The notes under the pieces are model-generated. The model worked only from the letters and a program-made list of their open reading frames with translations. It did not search any database and was not told the DNA's origin. The position numbers and the translations under genes are program-made. A DNA stretch of 64,000 nt. Origin: Utricularia gibba. Taxonomy: Eukaryota > Plantae > Magnoliophyta. Every line of letters starts with the position of its first letter. The stretch's first letter is position 1. The stretch covers positions 2,170,001-2,234,000 of the forward strand of contig CM007991.1 of the NCBI GenBank assembly GCA_002189035.1. Direction: 5' to 3'. This document shows, in pieces, positions 26,872 to 38,524 of the stretch.

Positions 26872-27610
26872 CTATGCTGTCCAGTGTTTATTCGTCTCTT
26901 TGGGTTCCCTGATCCTGCTATCGACGATCCTCCACGCCATAAACTGGGGCACACGCCGCTGCTCATGCGCCTGTTTTCTTAAATCCGAAATCTTCTCATC
27001 CTCCGTATCCTTGGGGACCCTTTCCGTAAAGACGCATGAATAGACAGTAAGCCTCAGGCTTTGAATGAGCATAACAAATGAGTGATACGGGAAAAAACTT
27101 TGTTTGCAGCAACTCTTTTTGCATAAACTCCTCAACACGCTGACTAACACTCTCTGAAGTAGGTACATTTCTGTTCAAGCAACATGGTCTAGCGTAAAAA
27201 TTCGCACATTGGAAAATTAAAAGGAAAGAAACTCTCAATTACCAGCACTAAATTCCAGAACCAAGGAAGACAATATCGGTTCAGTGCGCTACGTGACTGA
27301 AGAATCATAAACTACAAAAGAAAAGAGAGTAAGAAACATCAGCCCTTCCAGTGTTAGAATAACAGTGATTCTCACAGAGCGTCCGTGGATCATCGAATGG
27401 CATGTGCTTGGGGACGGCTTCAACGCACAACATTGTGGCGCGCGCGTTTAACATTCGCTACGGCGGCCACAGATGCGTCCGGGAAGGAAGTTGACGGAAT
27501 AGATGCGCGACGCTCGTAAACTCCGCCGGGTTTAGGTTCCGAAAATCAGCGACCGGAGTGCGGAGGCCTAGAGAACCCAACCGTATCCACTTCCAGTTCC
27601 AGCGTCAACA
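26872..27610 (-). pseudogene. Possible heavily decayed PLS-class PPR gene remnant
   Basis: Fragments in shifting frames resemble PLS-PPR motifs: AHLFRQLPSRTHLW, ARHNV..EAV, IHGRSVR, LICYAHSKPEAYCLFMRLYGKG, SDLRKQAHEQ. There are multiple stops and frameshifts. By-eye similarity only. Confidence 0.35.
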
Positions 27611-27630
27611 TCTCTTCTCTTCGATCGTAA

Positions 27631-27737
27631 CACGTGAAACGCACACTACACAAGAAACGACAGGAACGGTTGTAATTCCGCCACACCCGGCAGAATGGCC
27701 CATGCACCCATCACGTGTGACGTACACATGACGTCAT
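27631..27737. promoter_or_regulatory. Cluster of ACGT-core (bZIP/bHLH) elements
   Basis: CACGTG (27631-27636 and 27712-27717), TGACGT (27718-27723) and the perfect palindrome ATGACGTCAT (27728-27737) lie within about 110 bp. Confidence 0.4.
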
Positions 27738-28155
27738 AACGATAACTAGATAAATCATGCATTTGCATCATTTAAGGGATGTTGCTAACCGAGCGCATGC
27801 AGAAAATATACCCATGAAGCAGTAACATGAGCAGTTTTCCAGAAGCACGAGGACCATTCGAGCTTGAATCAAACCAAAAAAGAAAAAAAAAGATATGGAG
27901 GAACAAGATCCATAACAGTGCACACACCACTGGGCAGCCCTCAGTTTCGAAACACGTTCTCTAATTCTCATCTACTCAAAAGAGAACTTCACTGAGAACT
28001 CATTAATCATAGATGCTGCTAAATTTAATGCCTGCGAGGGGGAGAAGCATCGCATCATCATGCACGATGCATGATTCAGTGTGGTGCCACTGAACCAGCA
28101 AAATGGCAGGACAAACAAAACGAACGGCATGGGGGAGTCTCATTAACCCTGTCTT

Positions 28156-30349
28156 TCAACCCATGGGGTGCCTTCTCCTGAAAAATATAGATGGATGGAA
28201 TGAGGATGCTGATGATGACTGAAAACAATGAGCTAATCACACTGGTATAAAAGCAGATTTCGGCTTTCAAGATTGCAACGCCTCCCCAGATGAACAAAGA
28301 AGGTAGTAGGGCACTATCAAATTTAAATACCTCTTGGGGCGGGTGCTACGATCTTCCTCAAAGTCCATCAATCCACCAAGTTCAGAAAAGACCTCTTCAT
28401 GCCCTCGGAGTTCGATGTTAATGGCCTGCTCACAGTTTGTAACCTCTGCCACAATGTAAGTAAGCCACATCGACCAATAAACACAAAAGATGGCAGGTTC
28501 CTTTAACAGGAAACAGCTACTTGTGCACTGGTGCTCACAAACAATACACAGAATTTGCTGCGATCCAATTACTATCTCGAAAATGGACAGAAAACAGGCT
28601 GACCTTCAGATTAATGGCAGGTTTTTAACCACCATTAATCGATGGAACACAGACAAGGACAATCAATATATTTCAGATAGAGAACACTCCAGAAACACAC
28701 ACTGGCTGACCTTCAAAGAGAGAGATCTCTTAACTTCCTCGACCCGGTCATCTATATTCTTTTTGTGCCCCTTATCAATTTCACTCATTGAATCAGCCCA
28801 TTTGATCTTCTCTTGAATCGAGAGCATAAGATTTTCTGAAGTGGATTGCCTGAAAGATTGAAAAATAATTGATGGCAGCAATTAGACGAATAAAGAGAAG
28901 TGGAGACAATGCAATTACAAACGAAAAAACAGACACAAGCATTGTATTCGTTAGAAAGAAAAAAAATTCAAGAAGGCTTAAAAATGTAGGAAAACGGTAA
29001 TTACCAATTTGCCAACATTTTTATCATATTATTAAGCTGTCCAGGTCGAAGATCTCTGCCTGCAGCAATTTGTACCTAGAAATTTTACAGGGTGTAAGGC
29101 TTGCTAACAATCTAATTTAGATACTCCTCCAGAGGGAAGGTCTCTGACATATAAGTTATTGTAACCTCAAAACATCTCCGTAACTGATCCAGCTTCCCCT
29201 TAATAATTCCCTGCCAACGGATAGTGCCACAGAAACGAATCAGCTCAGGAAAAAAGCGAAAGAGTGTTGTCCGCTGTTATATAGACAGAAAGATCTTACC
29301 GTGTACATGCAGTCATTAATCAGGAAGTCTTCCAATTCACGAACATTTGCAACATCCAACTCTTGCATCAAGCTATCATACGGCAGTACCTATAAAATTC
29401 AGAGTTTGGAGATTTTAAAATCTGGGCATTCAATGGGTTCATAGAGATAATAATTCTATATTTTTTTAAGAGAAAAAAACCAATGAATTAGATAATTTGC
29501 ACTGAGATTAGCCATAATAAAAAGCAAGACCATAACTCCTCATAAATCAAACGTAAATAAAATGCATTCCATACCAACAGTTACCTTATTTGTCTCTGCT
29601 AGTGTAAGGACAGTAAGCTGCTTCAACTTCAGGATTTGGTCAGGGACCAGATTAAAAAAATTGGCAGCAGCATCTGAATCAAAATACATGTCAAAATCTT
29701 GGAACAACAAAATATCAAGAAATGCGTGGTAATTATTTGGCATCCCTGATTGATAACCTACCCATAGACCGAAGGTGCAGAAACAGGCATAAGATGCTAG
29801 GAAATTTGCAGACCAAAAATTGAAGGCATAAGCAAGGTTGTAAACATTGACCGCTTACTCTTATATTCACTCCAAGTCCCATACGCGTATAGCCGCAGCA
29901 AATCAAGGTAGATGCCGTCCTCAGTCCCTTCAAGCTGCACGTGTGTCCAGTTAATATTAAAGACGCACGGTCATCCAAAATAGTTGCAGTTTTTTTCCTC
30001 TTGTTTTACAAAAAAACTTGAAATTCTGGATGTAAATAGTCAAAAAAAAAGTATCTTAAGAACCGATCCAAAGCACATTCCAGAAATCCACATGAAAGCG
30101 TCTATTCAGTACGTTAACGCTCCACAATCATAATGAATTAATTGAGTACGAACGAAAAAAGTGAAAGCCTTCATACAAACGAGCGTATACCTCAAGAACA
30201 TTAGGAAGAGACAGAATCTCTGAGAACGCAAACAGCAAGGGATGCGAAGTTGCCTCAACGATAATGGCAGTTAACGCCCGTCCCCTGAGATTTGAAGCTT
30301 GCTTAACAAAGTGATCTATATACTCCGCTTGCTTTTGTTCAATGTCCAT
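28156..30349 (-). CDS. CSN7: COP9 signalosome subunit 7 (FUS5)
   Basis: MDIEQKQAEYIDHFVKQAS...LFAFSEIL; LLRLYAYGTWSEYK; LKLKQLTVLTLAETNK; VLPYDSLMQELDVANVRELEDFLI; GIIRGKLDQLRRCFE; GRDLRPGQL; ends MDFEEDRSTRPKRRRHPMG*. Confidence 0.95.
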
Positions 30350-30549
30350 CTGTCCAGTTCCGTCGCTCCAGAAACCAAGGCGAAAAGAACAAGAAATCAA
30401 AGACGATCAAGCATACTGTTCCAACAATTGTAGGTCACAGGGTTTTGATTCGATTAGGGTTTAGACCTGCGTATTTTTTTCTGGTTTCCTTCTTCCCTGG
30501 CAACCGCGTAAAGCGAGTATATCTTTTTGCTTAGTCCCAAATCATACAG

Positions 30550-30597
30550 TGGGCCGCCCTTTACATACTGGGCCTTTTCAGATTAACCCTTTGGGCC
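30550..30597. promoter_or_regulatory. Three site II (TGGGCC, class I TCP-type) elements in the CSN7/VAD1 divergent promoter
   Basis: TGGGCC at 30550, 30569 and 30592, midway between the divergent ATGs (30349 and 30938). Confidence 0.5.
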
Positions 30598-30937
30598 AAT
30601 CATTTTTTTTATTTTTCTTTTGAATTTATAGTGAACCTTGTTTTCTTTTAATTATTTTTAATTTAAAATAATTCGTATAATATAAATAAACTCAGAATTT
30701 TCAGATTTTTTTGTGGAAATTTTCATTCACCGTCGTTGAATTCTATGATTTGACTAACCGCATTGCAAGACTTACAGTAAACGCATCATCCTGCTGCTCG
30801 CTTTCGGCGGATTTCCCAGTGGCTTCGCATTGCAGTCCAGAGGCGTTACCCACGCTGTGCGATCACGCTTTTTTTTCTCTGGATGATCCGATGCTCCGCT
30901 TCTAGTGAAAATTCAGCATAATCTTCAGCGCAGTACA

Positions 30938-33900
30938 ATGACGGTCGAGGAACTGGACAATATTGTAGAATCTGTTCAATCCCAGGATGCCTTTGGCTCT
31001 TCCAGACTATCGCTCGGTGACTCAGTGGCCTACGCGGTTGATTCGGAGGCACCTGGTCTCTCCTCCCCCGCTTCGACCTCTAGTTCCCCCAACAACACTG
31101 ATCCCTTGGTATCAGATTAGTTTCCGTTTGTTCCGGAGTCAATGTTGATGTTGTATGATTGGTCATGCATCGTGTTGTCGGTGTCTTTATTTGGTTGTTT
31201 GGAGATGCTGATTTCGCCGTCTCTGTAGGATCAGTCATCTTCAAGAGTTGAAGAGTATCGATATCTATTTCGTCTTCCATCTGATGAAGTATGAAGTAAC
31301 TGTATTTGTATTTGCGATCTTTATTTTGGTGTTTGTGGCTGTATAGTTGATTTGGGATGGGTTCTTGTTTGGAAATAATGTAACTTGTTTAAGTGTGCAT
31401 CCAGGCTCTCATCCAAGATTTCAACTGCGCCCTGCAAGAAAATTTTCTCCTTCAGGTGACAAGTTGGCAATGGAAATATCTCTTGCTTTGGCGAGGGGGG
31501 GGGGGAGAATTTGTTCTCAAAATGATTCGGGATGTCTGTTTTTTCCATCATCACGTTACAAGAAGAAAGTGTATTTACTGATGATGGATTTGTCGTATGC
31601 CCTTCCAACAGTTGTTAATAAATTCCTTTGTTCATTATTTGCAGGGTCATATGTACCTATTTGTTCATTATATCTGCTTCTATTCCAACTTGTTTGGATT
31701 CGAGACAAAGGTTACTCCCATATCGTTAGGCAAATTAATTCATTTTTTTTTCATAAAAGCAACGGATTTATTTGTGAATTCTTGTGTTTTCTTCTGGTCT
31801 TTTATTAATATCTTTGGAAGTACACGAGGTGAAGCACTGCTGAACTTCATTTTGATCTGCTAACCAGTATCATCATATGATAACAGATTCACTTTCTGTG
31901 TGATGTTTTCTTCATATTTCACATTTCTATATTTCAGAGAATCATTCCATTTGAGGAAATCACATCGATACGCAGAGCAAAAGCAGTAGCTGTTTTCCCA
32001 ACAGCTATTGAGATAGCATCTGGAGAGAAGAAGGTTGAACCTCCTTTGGCTCCATGACCCTGGCTTTTGCGTCCCTTTCACTTACCTGCTTTCAATTATT
32101 CAACCTTTTGGTTAATGCTTTAATTTTTTTTTTTTCCTTTTTGCAGTACTTCTTCACCTCATTTTTATTCCGAGATGAAGCTTTCAGGCTTATTAATGAA
32201 TGTTGGCAGAAGAACAGCAATGGATCAAACGGATTTAGGGATAAAGAAGTACTTTCTCACCTCATTTTTAGAACATCTGATGTCAGTTTTTTTCTTTACT
32301 GTAGGCTGATTGAAACTTCATTCATCAGAAGACCAAGTATTTATATATAATTTTTTGAAATGACATCTTGTTTTCTGAACGATCATGGTTGAAAGATAAT
32401 GTTTTGTTTTTAAATTTAATAAATTTCATTTGTTACATGTATATTTATTTTCATTTTATTTAACAGGGCTCAGGGCATTCTGTATCTCGACAGGATAGTG
32501 ATGCTGCTTTGGCTGAAGGGCTAATTACACCAAGGGAATCTATGGACGATCTTGATATAAGTCAAATGTACATTTTTCTTATCTCTTATGAAGCTGTTAA
32601 TCAAATACTAGTATTTGATGACCATGGGATAATGGCGATATGATGATCTTACATCTTTGAATCTATGCATCATGATTGTTTGAATTTATTTGACATAATT
32701 TCATTTTTCAGTGCTGTTTACTATTCTGCATATGACAGTTTTCTAGATTCTTCTGGTCATGGTGGCTTGCTTATAATGAAGTCTTGCTATGCCAATTAAA
32801 AACAAGTGACTTTTTTAGCATTTGATCTATTATGGATCATTGGTTTCTTTAGTGGCTTTGCTTCAGCTTTGTGAAAATTTTTACTTTTATTTCAACAATT
32901 TGATTGAGTGCATTTGCTTGTGAAGTTGCCCCATTGGGATTTCATGGGCTGTTTGGATTCACTCAATATTATTTTTTTTACAGCAACAAGAGTGGTCCCT
33001 TGATTGAGGAGTATAGCCAATCTGGTGTTGGAGAGTTTGAAATTGTACCCACATCATCCATTAGTGAACCTGTGGAGGAGGTCGTTGAAGAAATTGCTTC
33101 ATTCCCTACATGCTCATCATCTACCAAGTATCCAGCGTGGGCCATGGAGGACGCTGATGCACCTAGAGGTACTACATCCAAATATTACAGAAATCCAGCA
33201 TTTCACTTTTTTTTTCACCAACTTTACTCTTCTCTCTGAAATGAGTTCTGATCTGCAGTTCCTGAGGGCTACACCAAGGTCGCAGAATCAAAGTTCCCTG
33301 TAATGGAAATTTCATCTCATGTCCTTTTTTGGTTTTATGAGAAATATGTATTTCTTGGGCACTGCAGCAATGAATGAGAAATATGTAAACTCGCAGATCC
33401 GGGTAGAGGAGTTCTTTAAACTTTTTTTCTCCGATGATAGCATCAGTTTTCATGAGGAATTTCATGGAAAGTGTGGAGACAAAGGTAGGTGGTGAAATGC
33501 GATGTACAATGATCTTTCTATTTTTTTAGGTTTGTTTTAACTGGTTGCATTGCCTTCTCACAGAGTTTAAATGTACTACATGGCGTCCTTATGAGAGTTC
33601 TGGGCATGCACGTGATGTATCTTTTCAGCACCCTATTAAACTCTATTTTGGTACTCATTTCATTTTGCGCATCCCATTTTTTTTCTTTGTTGTACCTCTA
33701 CGCATGCAGAATATCATAGTTGCTTGAATCCGTTCCATCTCAGGGGCAAGATTTGGTAGCTGTCAGGAAATTCAGAGATTTCGAGTTTACAGGAATTGGC
33801 AAGTTTCTTTTTTACTATTATGATTTTTTCCCTCTATCTCAAGGGTCTGTTCAGTGTTTCTGCGTGTTACCGTCTTCAGCCTTACAAAAATACTTATAAC

Positions 33901-35148
33901 AAAAACCTTTTATTCTGCGTTTTTATCTGACCTGCACATTTTTATTATGCTAGTCATTTAGTCATCAATACCTCACAAGAGATCAACGATGTGCCTTATG
34001 GGAATTACTTCACCGTCGAGGTATGGAAGACATCCCCAATCCAATAAACATTATCTACTGTGAATGCCGATATCATGCAATTGATGGAATCAAAGCAAAT
34101 GCATGGAATCACATTAATCCCATTTCTTACATTCCTTTTTCTCTGTATTATAGGGACGATGGGATGTACAGGAAGTGAAAGATGAGTCAAAGTCAGGATG
34201 CATATTGAAAGTTTATACCAATGTCGCCTTCTCAAAGAAAACCATGTGGAAAGGTTGTGTTTTCTTGGGTATACAGATCTCTCCAGCCTAATATTCAAGC
34301 CGTTTTTACCTCTCATCTTTCAGGAAAGATAGTACAGTCAACGGTGGAAGAGTGTAGAGAAGCCTACGGAATTTGGGTTGAGCTGGTATTTCTACCCTCT
34401 TTCTACAACTGAAAAACTGTTTGTTCAGTACCAAGTTTCTGTAATTATTTGCAAATTTTCCAGGCCCACAAACTGTTGAAGCAGAAAAACTTGGAACGCG
34501 AAGAAGGCACGTTTTCCTTTTGCAAGTTCTGTCGAGTGCTAATGCATGCAAATCAGTAACACTTTCCTATATATGCATGCAGTACGCCCTCAAGCACTTG
34601 TTCAACTGCAAAAGCGAGAAAGCACCCTTGGAGGATATACAGAGTTAACAGCAAGTGACGCCAGAGGACCACAGATTGCTTCAATCATTGCAGACACTCC
34701 TAATGATTCCACTGAAATGTCGACAACTTCTTGGTCAAGATCCACCTTCCTCAGACTTTGTTCCTCTCTAAAGCACCAGAACAATCTCCCCCTCCTCCTG
34801 GTCATTGCCGTGGCAATTACCTTCTTCCTAATGCAGGTATTACTCGTTTTGTGTGCTTTCAAGTGGATCAAACGCTCCCGTCTCACATCTGCTTGTCTTG
34901 TTGTTCAGATCAGCATCGTCGTGTTATTGAGCAGACCGCAGCGCATCCTCGTGATCCCTCAGCCGGACGCCTCGAGCTTCCAGGGACTGAACCTAAACCC
35001 TTCGGAAACCGTCTCCTCCGTGACAAGGCAAATCAAGTACCTCAGGGAGGAGATGCGTTTCATTGAAATTATGCTGGAGAGAATGCAGCAGGAGCACGCC
35101 CAGCTCAAGGACAGCTTGAAGAAGCTCGAGCTCTTCAGAAACAACTGA
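30938..35148 (+). CDS. VAD1: GRAM + VASt (StART-like) domain membrane protein, VASCULAR-ASSOCIATED DEATH 1-like
   Basis: GRAM: EEYRYLFRLPSDE|ALIQDFNCALQE...GHMYLFVHYICFYSNLFGFETK...YFFTSFLFRDEAFRLI. VASt: VEEFFKLFFSDD...QHPIK...SQEINDVPYGNYFTVE...TNVAFSKKTMWKGKI. C-terminal TM and coiled coil. Confidence 0.92.
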
Positions 35149-35546
35149 TCACAACGAACTACCATTAAAATGTAGAAGAATTTGTTTGCAAGTTGAATTT
35201 ATAGGAACAACAACGTGTGACCAAAATGAAACCGGGTGGGTTATTACCGTATGAGAAATATCTATGACTACCGTATTTTTTTATTTAGTTTAACGAAATA
35301 AATGAAGTAAAAACGCATTTTACTGTGGTAGTTTTGTCCCTGCAAGGTATAAATGGCAAAGAGGCGGTGGGAGGGAGCATCCCCTGTCTTCCTCCATTGT
35401 TGAACCTCGAGTCCTCATTTCCCGATCCTTCATCCGCCCTTCCGAATTGAATGCCAAGACAAGCGGAGATAACCGTCGTCAGAAACGCGGCCGCGGCACA
35501 ATCTAATTTACGTTTCCGGCGCGCGCTGCAGCCTGAGTGAGAATCG

Positions 35547-35888
35547 ATGGACAATGAGGTAAGGGCGAGCGACATCAGAGTTCCCCTGGCACTCACCGTA
35601 TTCAGCCTCAGCGTCGTCGCCGGTGGAATTTTCCTCGTTCTCTACGTCTTCTACCCCGCAGAGGCGCGGCCGTGGTATCCAATCGCTTCCTTCCTCCTCA
35701 TCGGATCTCCATGGATTTTTTGGCTTCTCACTTTCATCTACGCCTCCTGTATCATCAAGCGCCTCCTCCTCGCCCCCGCCACCGAAAATGAGCGCCAGAT
35801 CTCCCGCCGGCCTACCACGAGGAACGCCTCATCCGTCACCTCGTCCAAGGAACCGGAGATGCCGTTAACCACCCAATCCTCCGTGTAA
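35547..35888 (+). CDS. Small two-TM plant membrane protein of unknown function, 113 aa, single exon
   Basis: ATG-initiated GC-rich ORF with two hydrophobic segments (LALTVFSLSVVAGGIFLVLYVF; FLLIGSPWIFWLLTFIY) and a Ser-rich tail ending in SSKEPEMPL. This pattern is typical of a conserved plant small-protein family. Confidence 0.72.
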   Translation: MDNEVRASDIRVPLALTVFSLSVVAGGIFLVLYVFYPAEARPWYPIASFLLIGSPWIFWLLTFIYASCIIKRLLLAPATENERQISRRPTTRNASSVTSSKEPEMPLTTQSSV

Positions 35889-36192
35889 ATTCCATCAGCC
35901 TCCCCCCCATTCTTCACTTTATTTATTTATTTTGTTTTTGTCATATACACAAACAATACACATCCTCCACATTTTAGATCAAAAGCTCTCTTTTTTTTTT
36001 TTGCGTAATAAAAAGCATCCAGCACCAAATTGCTCATCTTCCAACAAGCAGAAAACAATCAGATCATGAAGGCAACGCATTCTGAGCAGATATTTCAGGC
36101 ACCCACAGGGAAAATCTAGGCTAATGAGAGATCCACCCACCTGCGAAAGTTCCTTCAATCAAAAATGCGATCCTGATGGCCACCGGTTTTGC

Positions 36193-38121
36193 CTACCGTC
36201 TAACCCAGTTTCCATCCTCAGACCTCTTGAAGACACGGGGCCGCCCTGAAGGGAACGTTTCCTGCCACTGCGGATGATGGATCAGGTACTCCATCTTCCT
36301 GCAAAATTCAACATCAAGATGTCGATTTCATGATCCAGTGTTGCCGGAGCATTCGACCCTGAAGGAGAGAGAAGCCATGATCTATCTACCTTCTTTCGTT
36401 ACGTACAAAATCCGGGCCCTCTGCCAAGGGGGAGGATGAACAGGTTAGTAGTATCTCTGTATCTGATGCACTCTGCAGCATCAGGGCTCTTCGTTTCTGG
36501 TATGTTGTCCTGGAGGGGGGAAAGGGAAAAGCTTGTAGTCAGTGAAGAGGAAGTGGACTTCATGCCACGCAAGCTTCTAACAGTTAGCACAGTCAGTTAC
36601 CAAGTGCAAGGGGCGATCACAAAGAGATCGTTGCTCATGTCATAGGTATCGAGTAACCTGTGGTGTGAACTTGGATCCTCAAAGGAAGCGCAGAGCCGAA
36701 TTCTACGGACGATCTCATCAGGGGATCTTGAGGTCTCATCGAAGCTGGCTGGGAAAATCGAGCCACTCGATGTCTCCATCTGAAATAGGAAACATACACT
36801 CATGTTGATGAGTTTGTATGCAGCTGAAGACGAGTTTGGAGACTGAAAATACCACAAATCCATGGAAAATGGGGTATCCCACTCCTTCAGAATCCCATCT
36901 GGTGTTATGTCCTAGAACGTGCAAGGTTTTCAGGTGAAACTTCTCGTTGCGACTAAGTAGAGCTTCGATTATCTTTACACACAATGGGTACGAGTACCCC
37001 TCAAATTCAGATGCATTGTTTGTATCTAGGGATGGTTGCTGCACAGAAGTTCTGCAGTGAGAAGTAAAATCATCACCACAGGAAGAGCAAATGAGAAAAA
37101 AAGAGTCAGACTTGTGTGGGAATATCAATGTATGAGCCGACGATATGAACCTGCACACAGCATAAAGTTGCAAACATTAGATCCACGGATGACGGTCACA
37201 AAAGAAAGAAAACTAGCAGCTAACATGTTCTAACATCCAAAGGAGTATCAGCATCTTCATCAACGAGTAAAGATAGCATCTGATTGAGACCCTCTTCAAC
37301 GATATCCGGAAAATCCATATGAGCCACGGATACTCTGCCATTCCAGGACATGTAAAACAAGCATTTATAACTCAAAACACTAATAATCTCGTATAGTAAA
37401 AAAAAAGCATACCTTCTGGTTCTGGAATTTCTTATAGCAATCCCAACACAGGTAGTTGCCTCATCAGTTCCAACTAGCTGCATATACAAGTCGGGATGAG
37501 CAAACAGGTAAGGTGAAGAACAAGGCACAGAAAGTTGGCAATGAAAAACACGAATTTTCAATGGAGTGAGCATACATCAACAAGAGCAGGATCAACAGTG
37601 GCAAACTCCCTCTGGAAAAGGTAGATCAATTTACGAGTTTGCAATGAAGCGCTGGAAACCGAAATCTTCATCTCATTCTTTGACTTAAAAGATTCGGAAG
37701 CACCTATCAACAGGGGATGCTCCATCAGCGCAGTCAAAGTCTCAAATCCCAGCTCCTGAGACTACACTATGTGAATGAAACCAAAAGCAGCCGATAGGAG
37801 GAAAATCACATCGAAAAAAAAGAAAGAGGAATTCAGCCACACGAACTAAGCCTATCCACTTTAACAAGGAAATCACAAATTCCAACACAAGCTCTAGCGT
37901 AGCTATTTCAACCCAAAACTCATCAGAACTTGAAAATAACCATCCATAACTGAATCGCTCACAAACCCATTGAAGTAAAATCTAAATCCACAATCAAATA
38001 CCCATCACTTACCTCTAAAACAGGCCCTTCGACAACGACAAACAAGAAAGCAGGTTACGCAGTGTCTTCCTACCTGGGAAGAGGCGCCGTCATACATCGG
38101 CTCTCCACCGACAAAAATCAT
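36193..38121 (-). CDS. NTAN1: Protein N-terminal asparagine amidohydrolase (N-degron pathway)
   Basis: MIFVGGEP start; LMEHPLL; YLFQREFATVDPALVD|LVGTDEATTCVG; SVAHMD; CSSSPLAEGPDFV; YLIHHPQWQETFP...W. The exons I checked join in phase. Confidence 0.93.
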
Positions 38122-38524
38122 CGGCGCGCGCACAGTACTTCCACGGGCGTGGGTGATGAAATGAAGTTCATCGAGTCGCGACTGCACGTATCAAAATCTA
38201 TTATTTCGAAATTAATAATATTATAATTCTATTTATTTTCCAACAATCCCTAAATATTGTTTTAACATATATTTTCCATTTTATATTAACCCATTTTATT
38301 ACAAAGAAAAGAAAGATCCCCTTCACATTAGTGTGAAAAAAGGCATCAAGAAGCAACTGCACATAACAAGTGTAAACTAACAGATTTCTCCAACAGATGC
38401 CTGTATCTATGACTATTGACTGGTTTACCATGTCAATAACAGCCGGAGAGAAAAATCTTGCCTCCTTTGAAGGCGGAGGCGGGGACTCCTCCGGTGCTGT
38501 GCATTTTTTCCGGCATTGGGTTTG

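Noticed and set aside
32600-32760. Possible intronic C/D-box snoRNA (ATGATGA) in VAD1
   Set aside because: No matching CTGA D box with a terminal stem was found at a plausible distance.
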